Sequence record: PX068455.1 | DNA from: a phage | Strand: one strand, 5' to 3' | Length of the DNA: 64,000 nucleotides | Shown: piece by piece, positions 55,515-64,000 of the stretch | Numbering within the stretch: position 1 is the stretch's first letter | Layout of the letters: each line of letters starts with the position of its first letter | Translations under genes and position numbers: made by a program | Notes under the pieces: generated by a model | What the model was told of the DNA's origin: nothing | What the model saw: the letters and a program-made list of their open reading frames with translations, nothing else | Databases searched by the model: none

Positions 55515-56555
55515 CTATGCATAATTAACAGTGATCCATTGACCGTTTACAAGTTTTTGTAAAGGTCCTGCCCAGTAAGTTGAACCACGCATCTCTTTTT
55601 TGTCACCGAAATGCCAGCCTGTGACAACGTAGCCGTTGCGGATTGGAGATTCAGAAACGCCGTCCACAAGTCTTGCACCGATTCTGATGTCTTGCACACC
55701 TGTCTGCGGGATAGTGATCGTTACATCACCGTTACCGTTAGCCGTCACTCCGTTCACAGAGCGAACCACATTTCTGTTACCGACAACACAGTGCTGGCTT
55801 CTTACAACCATACTGTCACAACTTGCACCACCATTAACATATACTGACCCAGCCGTCAATTGACTAGCCACATTGCAGTTGGTGAATGTTGCTGTATTAC
55901 TGATAGTAAGGTTATTACACCTCATGTTATCGACAACTTCAACATTGCCTACCACTTTCAACAGCGCACGGTTAGCCGTGATCGCGTTAAGGTACATCAA
56001 AGTGAACTCTGGATTAATATCCGGCTGAGTTGGCTGGAATCTCCAACGAAACGCATCTACTGTAGATGTACCGCCATCATCAAACGACCCGGTATTATCA
56101 CTTAACCCAAAGTCGAGAGTTGTCTTATCTGGGCCAATAGTCGTCTCTATCCAAGCCTTATCTGTCTCGGCAGCTTTAAAGTTGATACGTTGCAAACCCA
56201 AGGGGCCTGTCATTGTATCACCTGTAACTTTTACATACCTGGCGTCTGCCTCTTCCTTGGTAATAATCCCAAGGTTTCTACGGGCAACAGGGATGTTCAA
56301 AAGATCACTCAAGTTATTATCACGTACCAGATAACGGCCTTCTTGAGCGGGGATCTGCTCGTCAGCAATATATTTTGCCCAAGTTCCGAGCATATTGAAA
56401 ATATAGTTAAGTTCTTCACATGAGGGCTTTTGACCAAGATCCCAACCTTTTCTCCACAAATCATCAATCGGGCGTAGCCTGTTCTGTCTGTGGGTGTTAG
56501 GCAGAACCTGATCCTCCTCTGCCCAAATCTCTAATGGAAAACTAGGTTTTGACAT
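55515..56555 (-). CDS. tail fibre protein, paralogue 2 (346 aa)
   Basis: N-terminal PLEIWAEED; C-terminal KLVNGQWITVNYA; followed by Tfa-like chaperone. Confidence 0.6.
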   Translation of the reverse strand: MSKPSFPLEIWAEEDQVLPNTHRQNRLRPIDDLWRKGWDLGQKPSCEELNYIFNMLGTWAKYIADEQIPAQEGRYLVRDNNLSDLLNIPVARRNLGIITKEEADARYVKVTGDTMTGPLGLQRINFKAAETDKAWIETTIGPDKTTLDFGLSDNTGSFDDGGTSTVDAFRWRFQPTQPDINPEFTLMYLNAITANRALLKVVGNVEVVDNMRCNNLTISNTATFTNCNVASQLTAGSVYVNGGASCDSMVVRSQHCVVGNRNVVRSVNGVTANGNGDVTITIPQTGVQDIRIGARLVDGVSESPIRNGYVVTGWHFGDKKEMRGSTYWAGPLQKLVNGQWITVNYA

Positions 56556-56567
56556 TTTATCTCCTGA

Positions 56568-58640
56568 TTATGAGAAGTCTGGCGGGACAACATCTTCTAC
56601 ATACCCTTTCAGAGCAACCTGCCCCATATGAAGCACGGTAGAATCTCTAGCGGTAACAGTGATGCTGTCAGACATTACTTGCGGGTATGCCCACACATAC
56701 TGTTTTACCTCAGGGTATCTATACTCTATAGTTGCCATGTTTCCGCAAATACATCTCCATAAAAATTCTTGGTAATTCCTAGTTGGGTCATAGCCATATA
56801 CCGGAGCAAGCTCTTTACTAGGAACGAACCCTGCAAGGTATTGTATTTCAGACGGTTGCCAACCTAACCTAACGATAGGTATGTTTACAGACTCTTTTGC
56901 CTTTTCAATACCTCCCTGCATCACCCAATCGTAGCACTCGGTGCAGAAGAAATCAAGAGCACCTGCTTCCTTTTTATATTGGTCAGCAAGGTTCAGCTTT
57001 TGTGTAAGCTCGGTTTCCATAATGGTTGGGAAAAACAGCAAAGCTGTCATCTGAGCTGATGCAGCGTGTGCCTTTACTGCCTTTGAAATAGCCGCAATAC
57101 GAGCGCCAAGCTTACCACGACAAAATGCCACATACTTGTCGTAAACACCGCCAGTTTTAGGATCGTCAATAGTCCCAATATCTAATGCATACTCACCTGT
57201 CTCATCATAAAACGCCTGCTTTGTAGGGTAATCATAAATACAAGGCCTACGAGTATCGGTATTGTACCACCACCACGGTTCACCAACCTGCATAATCACT
57301 GGCAGGTTGTTTCTCATAGCGGCTGATGCAAAATTCTTAAATACTGCAGTAAGGAAATTCATACCCTCTTCAATGGTTGGAGATAGGAGGTAGCTACAAG
57401 GTGTATACCCTGTTTTAGCGTAGTTATCGTTCCAGTCTCTTTGGGTCCATTCCAACGGGCAGGCATCGCTGAAAAGCTCAAAACTTACAGATTGCATAAC
57501 GTCGAAGTTATGTCGTTTGGCATTGTACATAAAATCATCATGCCATTTATAAGCTGCAGCGTTTAGCGCTCCTGTTCTGTTTATAGACCATTGGGTTCCG
57601 GACCATGTGTAGTCATAATAATGACTCATACCAACATAATGGTTTATGGTTCCGGTATATCCCAGACGCTTGATATTGTTCAACACCCTTAAAGGAGAGA
57701 CGTTCCACATATCGTCATATGCGGTGCAGATCCCAACGTCGTGCTCTCTCACCTGAATATTATTAAGTTGCATCATTTTCCAGCCTGTGTCTGGCTGAAG
57801 CAAATCTAGGCGCAACTCACACTCTACATTTTCCGTTCTCGGGTCTGTGCTATTACTTACCCAGTCTTTAGGCATGAGTGGTATTAAAATCCTTCTCACC
57901 TGCCGAGGATCAACACCCATCATGTTGTTGTTCTGGTCCATCCCGACGCAGTCCTCGAAATCAATATGAATTTCTGCAACATTCTTATCCTCTGAGATGC
58001 TGACAGCATATTGAGCTAAAGGAACATAGATGATTGTGCCATCAACAAGGTCTACAGTCATAATCATCTTTTCAGGAGTGGAGAAGTTGCTGGCGTTGGT
58101 TATTGACATTCTGAACCAAAGTTTGGTGTTTCTCATCTCATAGTGATCATCAAACCCAATACCGAAATGGTCATACTTGTCAACTGTTTCCCAAATGCAT
58201 CCAGCCATACCCCCATATGTTCTTGACACTAAACGGTTAATACAACAGTTGTTATCTGCAACAATACAGGTACTTTCAGTCTGCTGAGTAGTTGTAACCC
58301 AATATCTTGGGTGGAACATTCTCTCCTCGACAGTATCCCAAGATATCCTGTCAAGATTCTCATCTGAAACTATTGTACATTTCGCCCTTTGTGTCCCGAT
58401 CATCACCCCTTGAGATTTTGATGAAAACTCCATAAAGAAGCTTCTTGGCAACCTGTTGGGTAATTTGTCAACAATTTCCACCGGAATCTCAATACTGGTT
58501 GCCCCGACTGGGATAGTTACATCGCCCTCAACATGATCATAATCCCTACCAGGAACGGCAGTATCCTGAACTGTGCGGTAATGAAACTGCGCAGCCATTG
58601 TAGAGTAATCACGGTAAGGTTTAAAAACAGCTGTTGCCAT
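56568..58640 (-). CDS. tail/baseplate-associated protein (690 aa)
   Basis: ORF track; position between baseplate and fibre genes. Confidence 0.5.
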   Translation of the reverse strand: MATAVFKPYRDYSTMAAQFHYRTVQDTAVPGRDYDHVEGDVTIPVGATSIEIPVEIVDKLPNRLPRSFFMEFSSKSQGVMIGTQRAKCTIVSDENLDRISWDTVEERMFHPRYWVTTTQQTESTCIVADNNCCINRLVSRTYGGMAGCIWETVDKYDHFGIGFDDHYEMRNTKLWFRMSITNASNFSTPEKMIMTVDLVDGTIIYVPLAQYAVSISEDKNVAEIHIDFEDCVGMDQNNNMMGVDPRQVRRILIPLMPKDWVSNSTDPRTENVECELRLDLLQPDTGWKMMQLNNIQVREHDVGICTAYDDMWNVSPLRVLNNIKRLGYTGTINHYVGMSHYYDYTWSGTQWSINRTGALNAAAYKWHDDFMYNAKRHNFDVMQSVSFELFSDACPLEWTQRDWNDNYAKTGYTPCSYLLSPTIEEGMNFLTAVFKNFASAAMRNNLPVIMQVGEPWWWYNTDTRRPCIYDYPTKQAFYDETGEYALDIGTIDDPKTGGVYDKYVAFCRGKLGARIAAISKAVKAHAASAQMTALLFFPTIMETELTQKLNLADQYKKEAGALDFFCTECYDWVMQGGIEKAKESVNIPIVRLGWQPSEIQYLAGFVPSKELAPVYGYDPTRNYQEFLWRCICGNMATIEYRYPEVKQYVWAYPQVMSDSITVTARDSTVLHMGQVALKGYVEDVVPPDFS

Positions 58641-59326
58641 TAACCCTCCTGTCTAGTTGCGTTTACTGTAATACTTTCACAATAAATGGTTGTGGTGTCC
58701 CAATCAGGTCTTACGTCAGGAACATACAGCAAAGTAGCCAGCCCACCAACTCCGAATTGGTTTTCTTCCCACACTGATCCGAAGCCAAGAGCTGTATGGT
58801 CCCCTTCAAAACCAAAAGCTTGCCCTTGCGATTCTGTAAGACGCAAATGACAAGGCAATGGTAGCATGTCTAAGATCTGATCGATAGACTGCAATATGTC
58901 AAAGCAAGTTTTTCTAATATTTATGTCAAATCTGAAGTTGTCTCCTTTCCACGTATCGAAATTGTCCCTTCCGAACAATTGTCGCAAGGTGGAGATGACA
59001 TCTTCGCGAGTCCCACCCCTTGATGCTGCGGCCTGCTGAATAATCAGCGTGGCACGAAAATCAGCATCTGAAAGTCCATTCCTAAGAATACCAAGTTGAT
59101 TACCAACTTCGTCAAGGTATCTTCCGCTAGCATTGTTAAGCAATCTTCCTTCAGCCAAACCTACCAGCATCTTATCAACATCCTCCAACCTTTTAAGGTA
59201 CACGGTTAAGAATGTGACCAAATTAACCTTCTCAGCCAGAAAATCTCCAGGCAGGTAGTCAAGACCTCCCTGAACAAAATCTGGCAGAGTGTGGATGTGG
59301 TTAACATCCGACTTAATCTCTGCCAT
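58640..59326 (-). CDS. baseplate component (228 aa)
   Basis: ORF track; ATGA coupling to upstream gene. Confidence 0.45.
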   Translation of the reverse strand: MAEIKSDVNHIHTLPDFVQGGLDYLPGDFLAEKVNLVTFLTVYLKRLEDVDKMLVGLAEGRLLNNASGRYLDEVGNQLGILRNGLSDADFRATLIIQQAAASRGGTREDVISTLRQLFGRDNFDTWKGDNFRFDINIRKTCFDILQSIDQILDMLPLPCHLRLTESQGQAFGFEGDHTALGFGSVWEENQFGVGGLATLLYVPDVRPDWDTTTIYCESITVNATRQEG

Positions 59327-59337
59327 ATCTCGCCGCC

Positions 59338-60828
59338 TTAAATAGTTTGTTGGAAAGTTATATTACTTTCGTCGAGGTCAAACACCTCGGTCATGTTCGC
59401 AACAATATCGTTTGTAGTGTAAGCTTCATCAGAAGCTCCTACTGGTTTAACTTGAATTACCAGTCTATTAAATCTGCCTATTGACACAGCAGCAGATGCA
59501 GCACCGACCAATTGGATATTATACAACGTATCTGCAACATCCAGTCCGTTAACAACCTGTAAAAGAGCCTCTACAATGGCATCTTTTTCGGTTGTGGAAA
59601 GCGCAGCACCAGAGTAGGTAATTCTTACATCCAGGCGGTAGGTATTTGCCTTGGAGTAATAAATTCTTTCAGTTTGACCGTCAGATGTAGTGACATCGTA
59701 GAAAATATTACCATAAGTCCTGTTCGTACAGGCTATAGTTTGGTAAAGTGCTTGGCAAATGTCCTCCGTTGCACCACCAAACACAACCACTTGGAACTTG
59801 TAAGGAGGTATACCTTTAGCATCAGTTTTATCGGTGTTGTTGGAGAACACTCTCACTTTCTCAACACCTTTCACCTCGCTTACAGCGCTAAGGATTGCAG
59901 GACGGGTAGCCTTAGATGTTAACTGTTTTGTGCTGGAAGCTCTTAAGCGATACTCTGAGTCTTTCTCAACATCTCTGCCCTCATTGAATCTTTCTCGGTT
60001 GGTAAGTTTGATAAATCCACTAGGGGTAGGTGACATTGTTGTCACGGTTTCTGCCTCTCTTGACAGCTCACCAGCCTCGTTAGCGATAACATCCAGGGTG
60101 ATAGTTCTTTCTCCTACAATCGGGGATACTCTGAAATCTACCCTGCTATTAAGTCCAACTTGATCAAGATTCGAATTGTACCCTATCCACAACGTTCCTG
60201 TCAACATATCGATCTGAATCAAATCGTCGTTCAACAGGGTTGTATTATCGACAATGAACTGCTTAATCTCTCCGTAAAAGCTTGGCAGATCAGAGGAGTC
60301 CAGAGCCTTATCTGTTAAAACCAGACTTTTTGTTTTGATACTTCCGTCTGTCTGGTTGGTAATTTGAAAGTTGTATTTCCCAATTCTTAGGTCTGGAGCG
60401 TTTATTCTGTGAGCAATAAGATTTCCAGCCACCTGCACATCGTTGCTAAGAACAAAGTTGCCACTGTCCAGCGTATAAGTTTTGGAATCATAAATCATAT
60501 TGTACGGCACAGTTGTGTTGATTGTCAACTGGCAGGTACCTGATGATTTAGAACGGCCTCTTCGGTAAATACCCTGCCTTCCAAGAAGCTCATCCAGGTA
60601 AATACCTTCTGCCCCATACAGCGTCTGTGATGCGTATACAGATGCTGCCATAAGAATAAGTTGATATTCTCGCTCGTTGAAAATAGTGGTCAGCTTATCT
60701 GCAACTGAGTTACTCTGTACGTTGAAGTTTTCGCCAAAAGCACGGATCAGGCTTTGCTTAGTTTCAACGATTAGGTCATTTAGGGTTGGTATAACGAAAC
60801 CAGCCTCTGTCAATCCATACTTAGCCAC
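59338..60828 (-). CDS. baseplate J-like protein (496 aa)
   Basis: GTG start after SD GGAGGAG; N-terminus MAKYGLTEAGFVIPTLNDL recalled as baseplate-J-like. Confidence 0.5.
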   Translation of the reverse strand: MAKYGLTEAGFVIPTLNDLIVETKQSLIRAFGENFNVQSNSVADKLTTIFNEREYQLILMAASVYASQTLYGAEGIYLDELLGRQGIYRRGRSKSSGTCQLTINTTVPYNMIYDSKTYTLDSGNFVLSNDVQVAGNLIAHRINAPDLRIGKYNFQITNQTDGSIKTKSLVLTDKALDSSDLPSFYGEIKQFIVDNTTLLNDDLIQIDMLTGTLWIGYNSNLDQVGLNSRVDFRVSPIVGERTITLDVIANEAGELSREAETVTTMSPTPSGFIKLTNRERFNEGRDVEKDSEYRLRASSTKQLTSKATRPAILSAVSEVKGVEKVRVFSNNTDKTDAKGIPPYKFQVVVFGGATEDICQALYQTIACTNRTYGNIFYDVTTSDGQTERIYYSKANTYRLDVRITYSGAALSTTEKDAIVEALLQVVNGLDVADTLYNIQLVGAASAAVSIGRFNRLVIQVKPVGASDEAYTTNDIVANMTEVFDLDESNITFQQTI

Positions 60829-60861
60829 GTCACTCCTCCGGTATGAAAATCTCTACAAGGT

Positions 60862-60890
60862 ATTTTACCAAATTTTGTAACAATAGTCAA
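60862..60890 (-). promoter_or_regulatory. sigma70-like promoter TTGACT-N17-TAAAAT
   Basis: Read on minus strand between terminator at ~60909 and the 60828 start. Confidence 0.45.
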
Positions 60891-60894
60891 TCTG

Positions 60895-60924
60895 AGCATA
60901 AAAATAAACCCCGCCGAAGCGGGG
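60895..60924 (-). terminator. Rho-independent terminator
   Basis: CCCCGC-ttcg-GCGGGG hairpin followed on minus strand by TTTATTTTTATG, just after the 60934 stop. Confidence 0.55.
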
Positions 60925-60933
60925 CTTTAAAGG

Positions 60934-63900
60934 TTAGTCGTGAGACTCGTTCCAAGGTCCTTGGAAACTAGAGTTAGAACGGCTTACCACAACAGTAGGA
61001 CAGGATATTGCGACCCCTGTTACAGAAGACGTTGACCATGGTGTGTAGATTTCAACAACAATATCTATGGTTTGTTCACCAAGACCCGTTATCCCTACTG
61101 CACACATACCGTTGTTGTCGTTTCCGTACTTCTTACCTGCAAGGATTTGATGTCCGGCTATCCAAACGTTAAGCTGGGAGCCAGACAAGGTTCCGTTTAG
61201 TTTAAAGAAGAATGTTACGTTCTTACCTTGTCCTGAAACGTTGTCCACATATCTCCACCTCCAACGGCAAACCCTCTGCTGTGAGTTATATACTGGAGGA
61301 CAGTCACCGTAGGTTCTGTGTGCAACTATTGCACCTTCGAACTGGTTAGCACGGATAACAGAAGCTTCTACACGCCCACGAAAGGTACCTCCGGTTGCAT
61401 CTATGGTGCCCCTAAAGCTACCATTATTGGCATAAACATCCCCACGGAAGGTACCACTAGTGGCGTTAACTGCCCCTGTGAAGTTACCAGAACTGGCGTT
61501 GATGTTGCCTTTCACCCACACATCCATAAATTGGGCGTGCCCGTTCTTGTTAATATACCAACCGTATTTATGGTACCCGTTGCCATCGTAGTTGTTTGAC
61601 GAAATTTCTTGTGCGATCTTGGCAGATGAAATCGTCCCGTTCTCTATAAAAGCATCTTTCAAGAACGCTTGGTTGTTCTTGATTGCGAAAGCAAGGGTTG
61701 CTGTTCCATTTCCAGGGTTGTATACCGCAAAATTGTTTGCACTAACCATGAAGTAGGATTGAACTTGGCCTCCAGACCCTTCCATCCCCAACTGGATACC
61801 TGCAACATATTTATTCCCTGCGGAGTCTACCTGTATTTTTGTGCCCCATTGAGCATTTACTTTACCCTCTAAGTCGGTTACAGCCTTAGATGTTGTAGCT
61901 ACTGCAGCCCTGATCTCGGACACATCCCCAACATCATCAATGATCTCCTGCTTAGCAACAGCAAGTTCTTGACGAATAGCTGACGCTGTGCCGTTGATAA
62001 GGTCCACAGTAGCTTTGTTGGTATCGGAAATTGTAGCATCCAGCGCTGTTTTTGTGGAAGTCAGTTTTCCATCCAAAGCATCAATCGCCTGCTTGTTGGT
62101 AGAAATCTCCCCACGTGCAGAAGTTATCTGCTCTGACAGTGCAGATGTTTTCTGATTCAACAAGTCAGTGGTGGCCTTGTTGGTATTGGCAATCAAGGTG
62201 TTGAGGTCAGTTTTTGCGGTGGTTATCTTGCCATCCAGGGTGGTATAGTTTTTAGATACCGTCGCGTTTGTCTGACTGATCTTTTGATCCAGAGTTTCAG
62301 ATGTCCTGTTCAAAAGATCCACAGTTGCCTGGTTAGTGCTCAAGATGCTTGCGTCAAGTTCTGTTCTCTGAGTATTGATCTTACCATCCAGAGTTTTATC
62401 TCCGGCTAAATACCCGCTCTCAACTCCCTCTATCTGCTCTACCAGCTCACCTTTGGCGGCAACCAATTTCTCATCTAAAGCCTCTGTCTTTTTGTTCAGA
62501 AGATCAGTAGTTGCTTTATTGGTTGTCTCGATCAGAGATGCCAGTCTGCCACTTTCAGTGTTCAGATCGTTGGTGAATTTGTTCTGTGCAGCAACAAGTT
62601 TCCTATCCAGCGCTGTAATGTTACCATTGACATCTTCAAACTTCTGAGTTGTTTCTGTAACTACCGCACCTATTCTGTCCCCAAGTTGTTGGAACGCTTC
62701 ATCTACCCTACCATCCATGTACCTGTTAAGTTCTGTGACACGATTTTCAACCTCTTCAATAGAGGAATCCAAAGTGCTCATCAACTCTTTATAAGTTTCT
62801 GTCTTTTTGAATTCAGCATCTATCTGAGGCATCAAATCCTCAATAGAGGTATAGCAGCGTGCAGCGCATTCTACAAACTGAGAGCTACCAAAAGCGTTTG
62901 TGGTTCGAATATACCAATAATAAACCTTATCGTTCTGCAGACCTTCAGATGTCCAAGTCGAACCAACACCCATACGGGTGGCTTCTGAAGTAACGGTTGC
63001 ATCACTAGTGTCTGGCAACCTTGTCATACCAGATGTCCAAAAGTCATACTGGGTGCTTACACTTGCTAAATCCCTGCTGTGTGGAATCAAGGTGATAGCA
63101 AAGTATCCTTGCTTAACCTCTACAGAAACAGGAGCTTCAGGTGCCTGAATGTTAAACTCGCAGTACGCTTCTGGAGATACACCACCTTTATAAGATGTTG
63201 CAACCACGGTTGCTGTGTATGACCCTTTGGTCAAGCCTTCTACTCTGACAAACTGCTCAACTGTCTGTGCTGTCCAAACAATCTCTCCGTTCTTTCTTAC
63301 CTGCACAATATTTTGAGCGTAAGTTCCAACGTTGTCCCAAGCCAAAACACCGTGAGTTACTTCCCCAGCTTGGAGAACGGAGTATCTGAAGTTTTGCGGT
63401 TGAGCTACACCGGATGGGGATATCGGAATATCTACATCGCCGGAATCCGGAAGTTGCCCTGTGGCATCATTCCACTCTTTAGCATCTTGACGAAGTTTTA
63501 CCTTGACACCGCCCTTTTTGGTGAACTCCCATTCAAGAACCCTCATTTCTTGGCCCACTATACCAATACTTGGGAGATTCATTGTAACGTAACGGCCAGG
63601 TTTAAATTTAAAACCTCGCATATTGCAGGTGACTTCAATAATCCTGCCAGCTCTAGCACGTCTTAAAAATATTGCAGAAACACGCTGAGCTTGATAAGGG
63701 CTGGTAACAAAGCGGTAGTCTATATCGATTATCTTTCTTTCTCCATCCTTCTCTATCCACTCTGGGACAAACACTGATGGAAAATCTGTTTCAGAATACC
63801 CTTTGGTCGGACTGGTGAATCTGCCAGTTATTGTGTTGGATCTTTTGTCAAACGAGGCTTCCGGATAGATCTTAACCTCACCACAGACACAGTCCTCACT

Positions 63901-64000
63901 CAGTGTCATTGTTGCCGGACCATAATATGCACCTACCAGCAGTCCATACTTACCAGCTACATAGCTGAGATCTGCACCACAAGCTTTCAGCATTTCTGCC
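60934..64000 (-). CDS. tail tip/central fibre protein, J-like with coiled-coil repeats; 5'-truncated at window edge
   Basis: Over 1019 aa; GTKIQVDSAGNKYVAGIQLGMEG..SYFMVSANNFAVY resembles J-type tail-tip motif; ORF open to window end. Confidence 0.6.
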   Translation of the reverse strand, partial: AEMLKACGADLSYVAGKYGLLVGAYYGPATMTLSEDCVCGEVKIYPEASFDKRSNTITGRFTSPTKGYSETDFPSVFVPEWIEKDGERKIIDIDYRFVTSPYQAQRVSAIFLRRARAGRIIEVTCNMRGFKFKPGRYVTMNLPSIGIVGQEMRVLEWEFTKKGGVKVKLRQDAKEWNDATGQLPDSGDVDIPISPSGVAQPQNFRYSVLQAGEVTHGVLAWDNVGTYAQNIVQVRKNGEIVWTAQTVEQFVRVEGLTKGSYTATVVATSYKGGVSPEAYCEFNIQAPEAPVSVEVKQGYFAITLIPHSRDLASVSTQYDFWTSGMTRLPDTSDATVTSEATRMGVGSTWTSEGLQNDKVYYWYIRTTNAFGSSQFVECAARCYTSIEDLMPQIDAEFKKTETYKELMSTLDSSIEEVENRVTELNRYMDGRVDEAFQQLGDRIGAVVTETTQKFEDVNGNITALDRKLVAAQNKFTNDLNTESGRLASLIETTNKATTDLLNKKTEALDEKLVAAKGELVEQIEGVESGYLAGDKTLDGKINTQRTELDASILSTNQATVDLLNRTSETLDQKISQTNATVSKNYTTLDGKITTAKTDLNTLIANTNKATTDLLNQKTSALSEQITSARGEISTNKQAIDALDGKLTSTKTALDATISDTNKATVDLINGTASAIRQELAVAKQEIIDDVGDVSEIRAAVATTSKAVTDLEGKVNAQWGTKIQVDSAGNKYVAGIQLGMEGSGGQVQSYFMVSANNFAVYNPGNGTATLAFAIKNNQAFLKDAFIENGTISSAKIAQEISSNNYDGNGYHKYGWYINKNGHAQFMDVWVKGNINASSGNFTGAVNATSGTFRGDVYANNGSFRGTIDATGGTFRGRVEASVIRANQFEGAIVAHRTYGDCPPVYNSQQRVCRWRWRYVDNVSGQGKNVTFFFKLNGTLSGSQLNVWIAGHQILAGKKYGNDNNGMCAVGITGLGEQTIDIVVEIYTPWSTSSVTGVAISCPTVVVSRSNSSFQGPWNESHD

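Noticed and set aside
53457-56555. Invertible tail-fibre segment or diversity-generating retroelement
   Set aside because: Both fibre genes are on the same strand, there are no flanking inverted repeats, and no invertase or reverse transcriptase gene is present in the window.
1-64000. tRNA genes and integrase/prophage attachment features
   Set aside because: No cloverleaf-compatible segment with a T-loop GTTCGAATC-like motif was found in the non-coding regions, and no integrase or recombinase motif appears in any ORF; the element looks virulent rather than temperate.

Overview
The window reads as a contiguous segment of a large virulent tailed dsDNA phage genome, probably infecting a Gram-negative (enterobacterial-type) host; this is inferred from sigma70-like TTGACA-N16/17-TATAAT promoters, AGGAG-type ribosome-binding sites, an SSB-like DDDIPF tail and a Caudo_TAP-type tail-fibre assembly protein. 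No integrase, tRNA or CRISPR array was seen. Layout: (1) 1-1500, a gene-free repeat-rich region (candidate ori/pac/terminus); (2) 1552-11967, minus strand, about 30 small early genes, many with their own promoter followed by a GC hairpin in the 5' leader; (3) 11968-13113, a second gene-free region with iterons and a repeated bipartite motif; (4) 13114-38987, minus strand, small genes then the replication module (macro-domain protein, SSB-like protein, six small tandem paralogues, family A DNA polymerase, primase-helicase, two methyltransferases, Dda/PIF1-like helicase, rIIB-like, rIIA-like GHKL ATPase, secreted SleB-like hydrolase, MoxR-like AAA+ ATPase); (5) 39064-45692, plus strand block (HNH endonuclease, metallopeptidase+VWA protein, HAD phosphatase, small genes) ending in a bidirectional terminator; (6) 45739-64000, minus strand tail module (1878-aa Ig-like structural protein, three fibre genes, Caudo_TAP chaperone, baseplate-like proteins, a 5'-truncated J-like tip protein). 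All functional calls rest on motifs read by eye; no database search was run. The most unusual signals are the two repeat-laden non-coding regions sharing dispersed motifs, a 45-bp promoter/operator module present three times, a six-member tandem family of small DDxG-motif proteins, a macro-domain protein, a split MoxR ATPase / metallopeptidase-VWA pair, and a truncated C5-methyltransferase-like protein with PPCT in place of PCQ.
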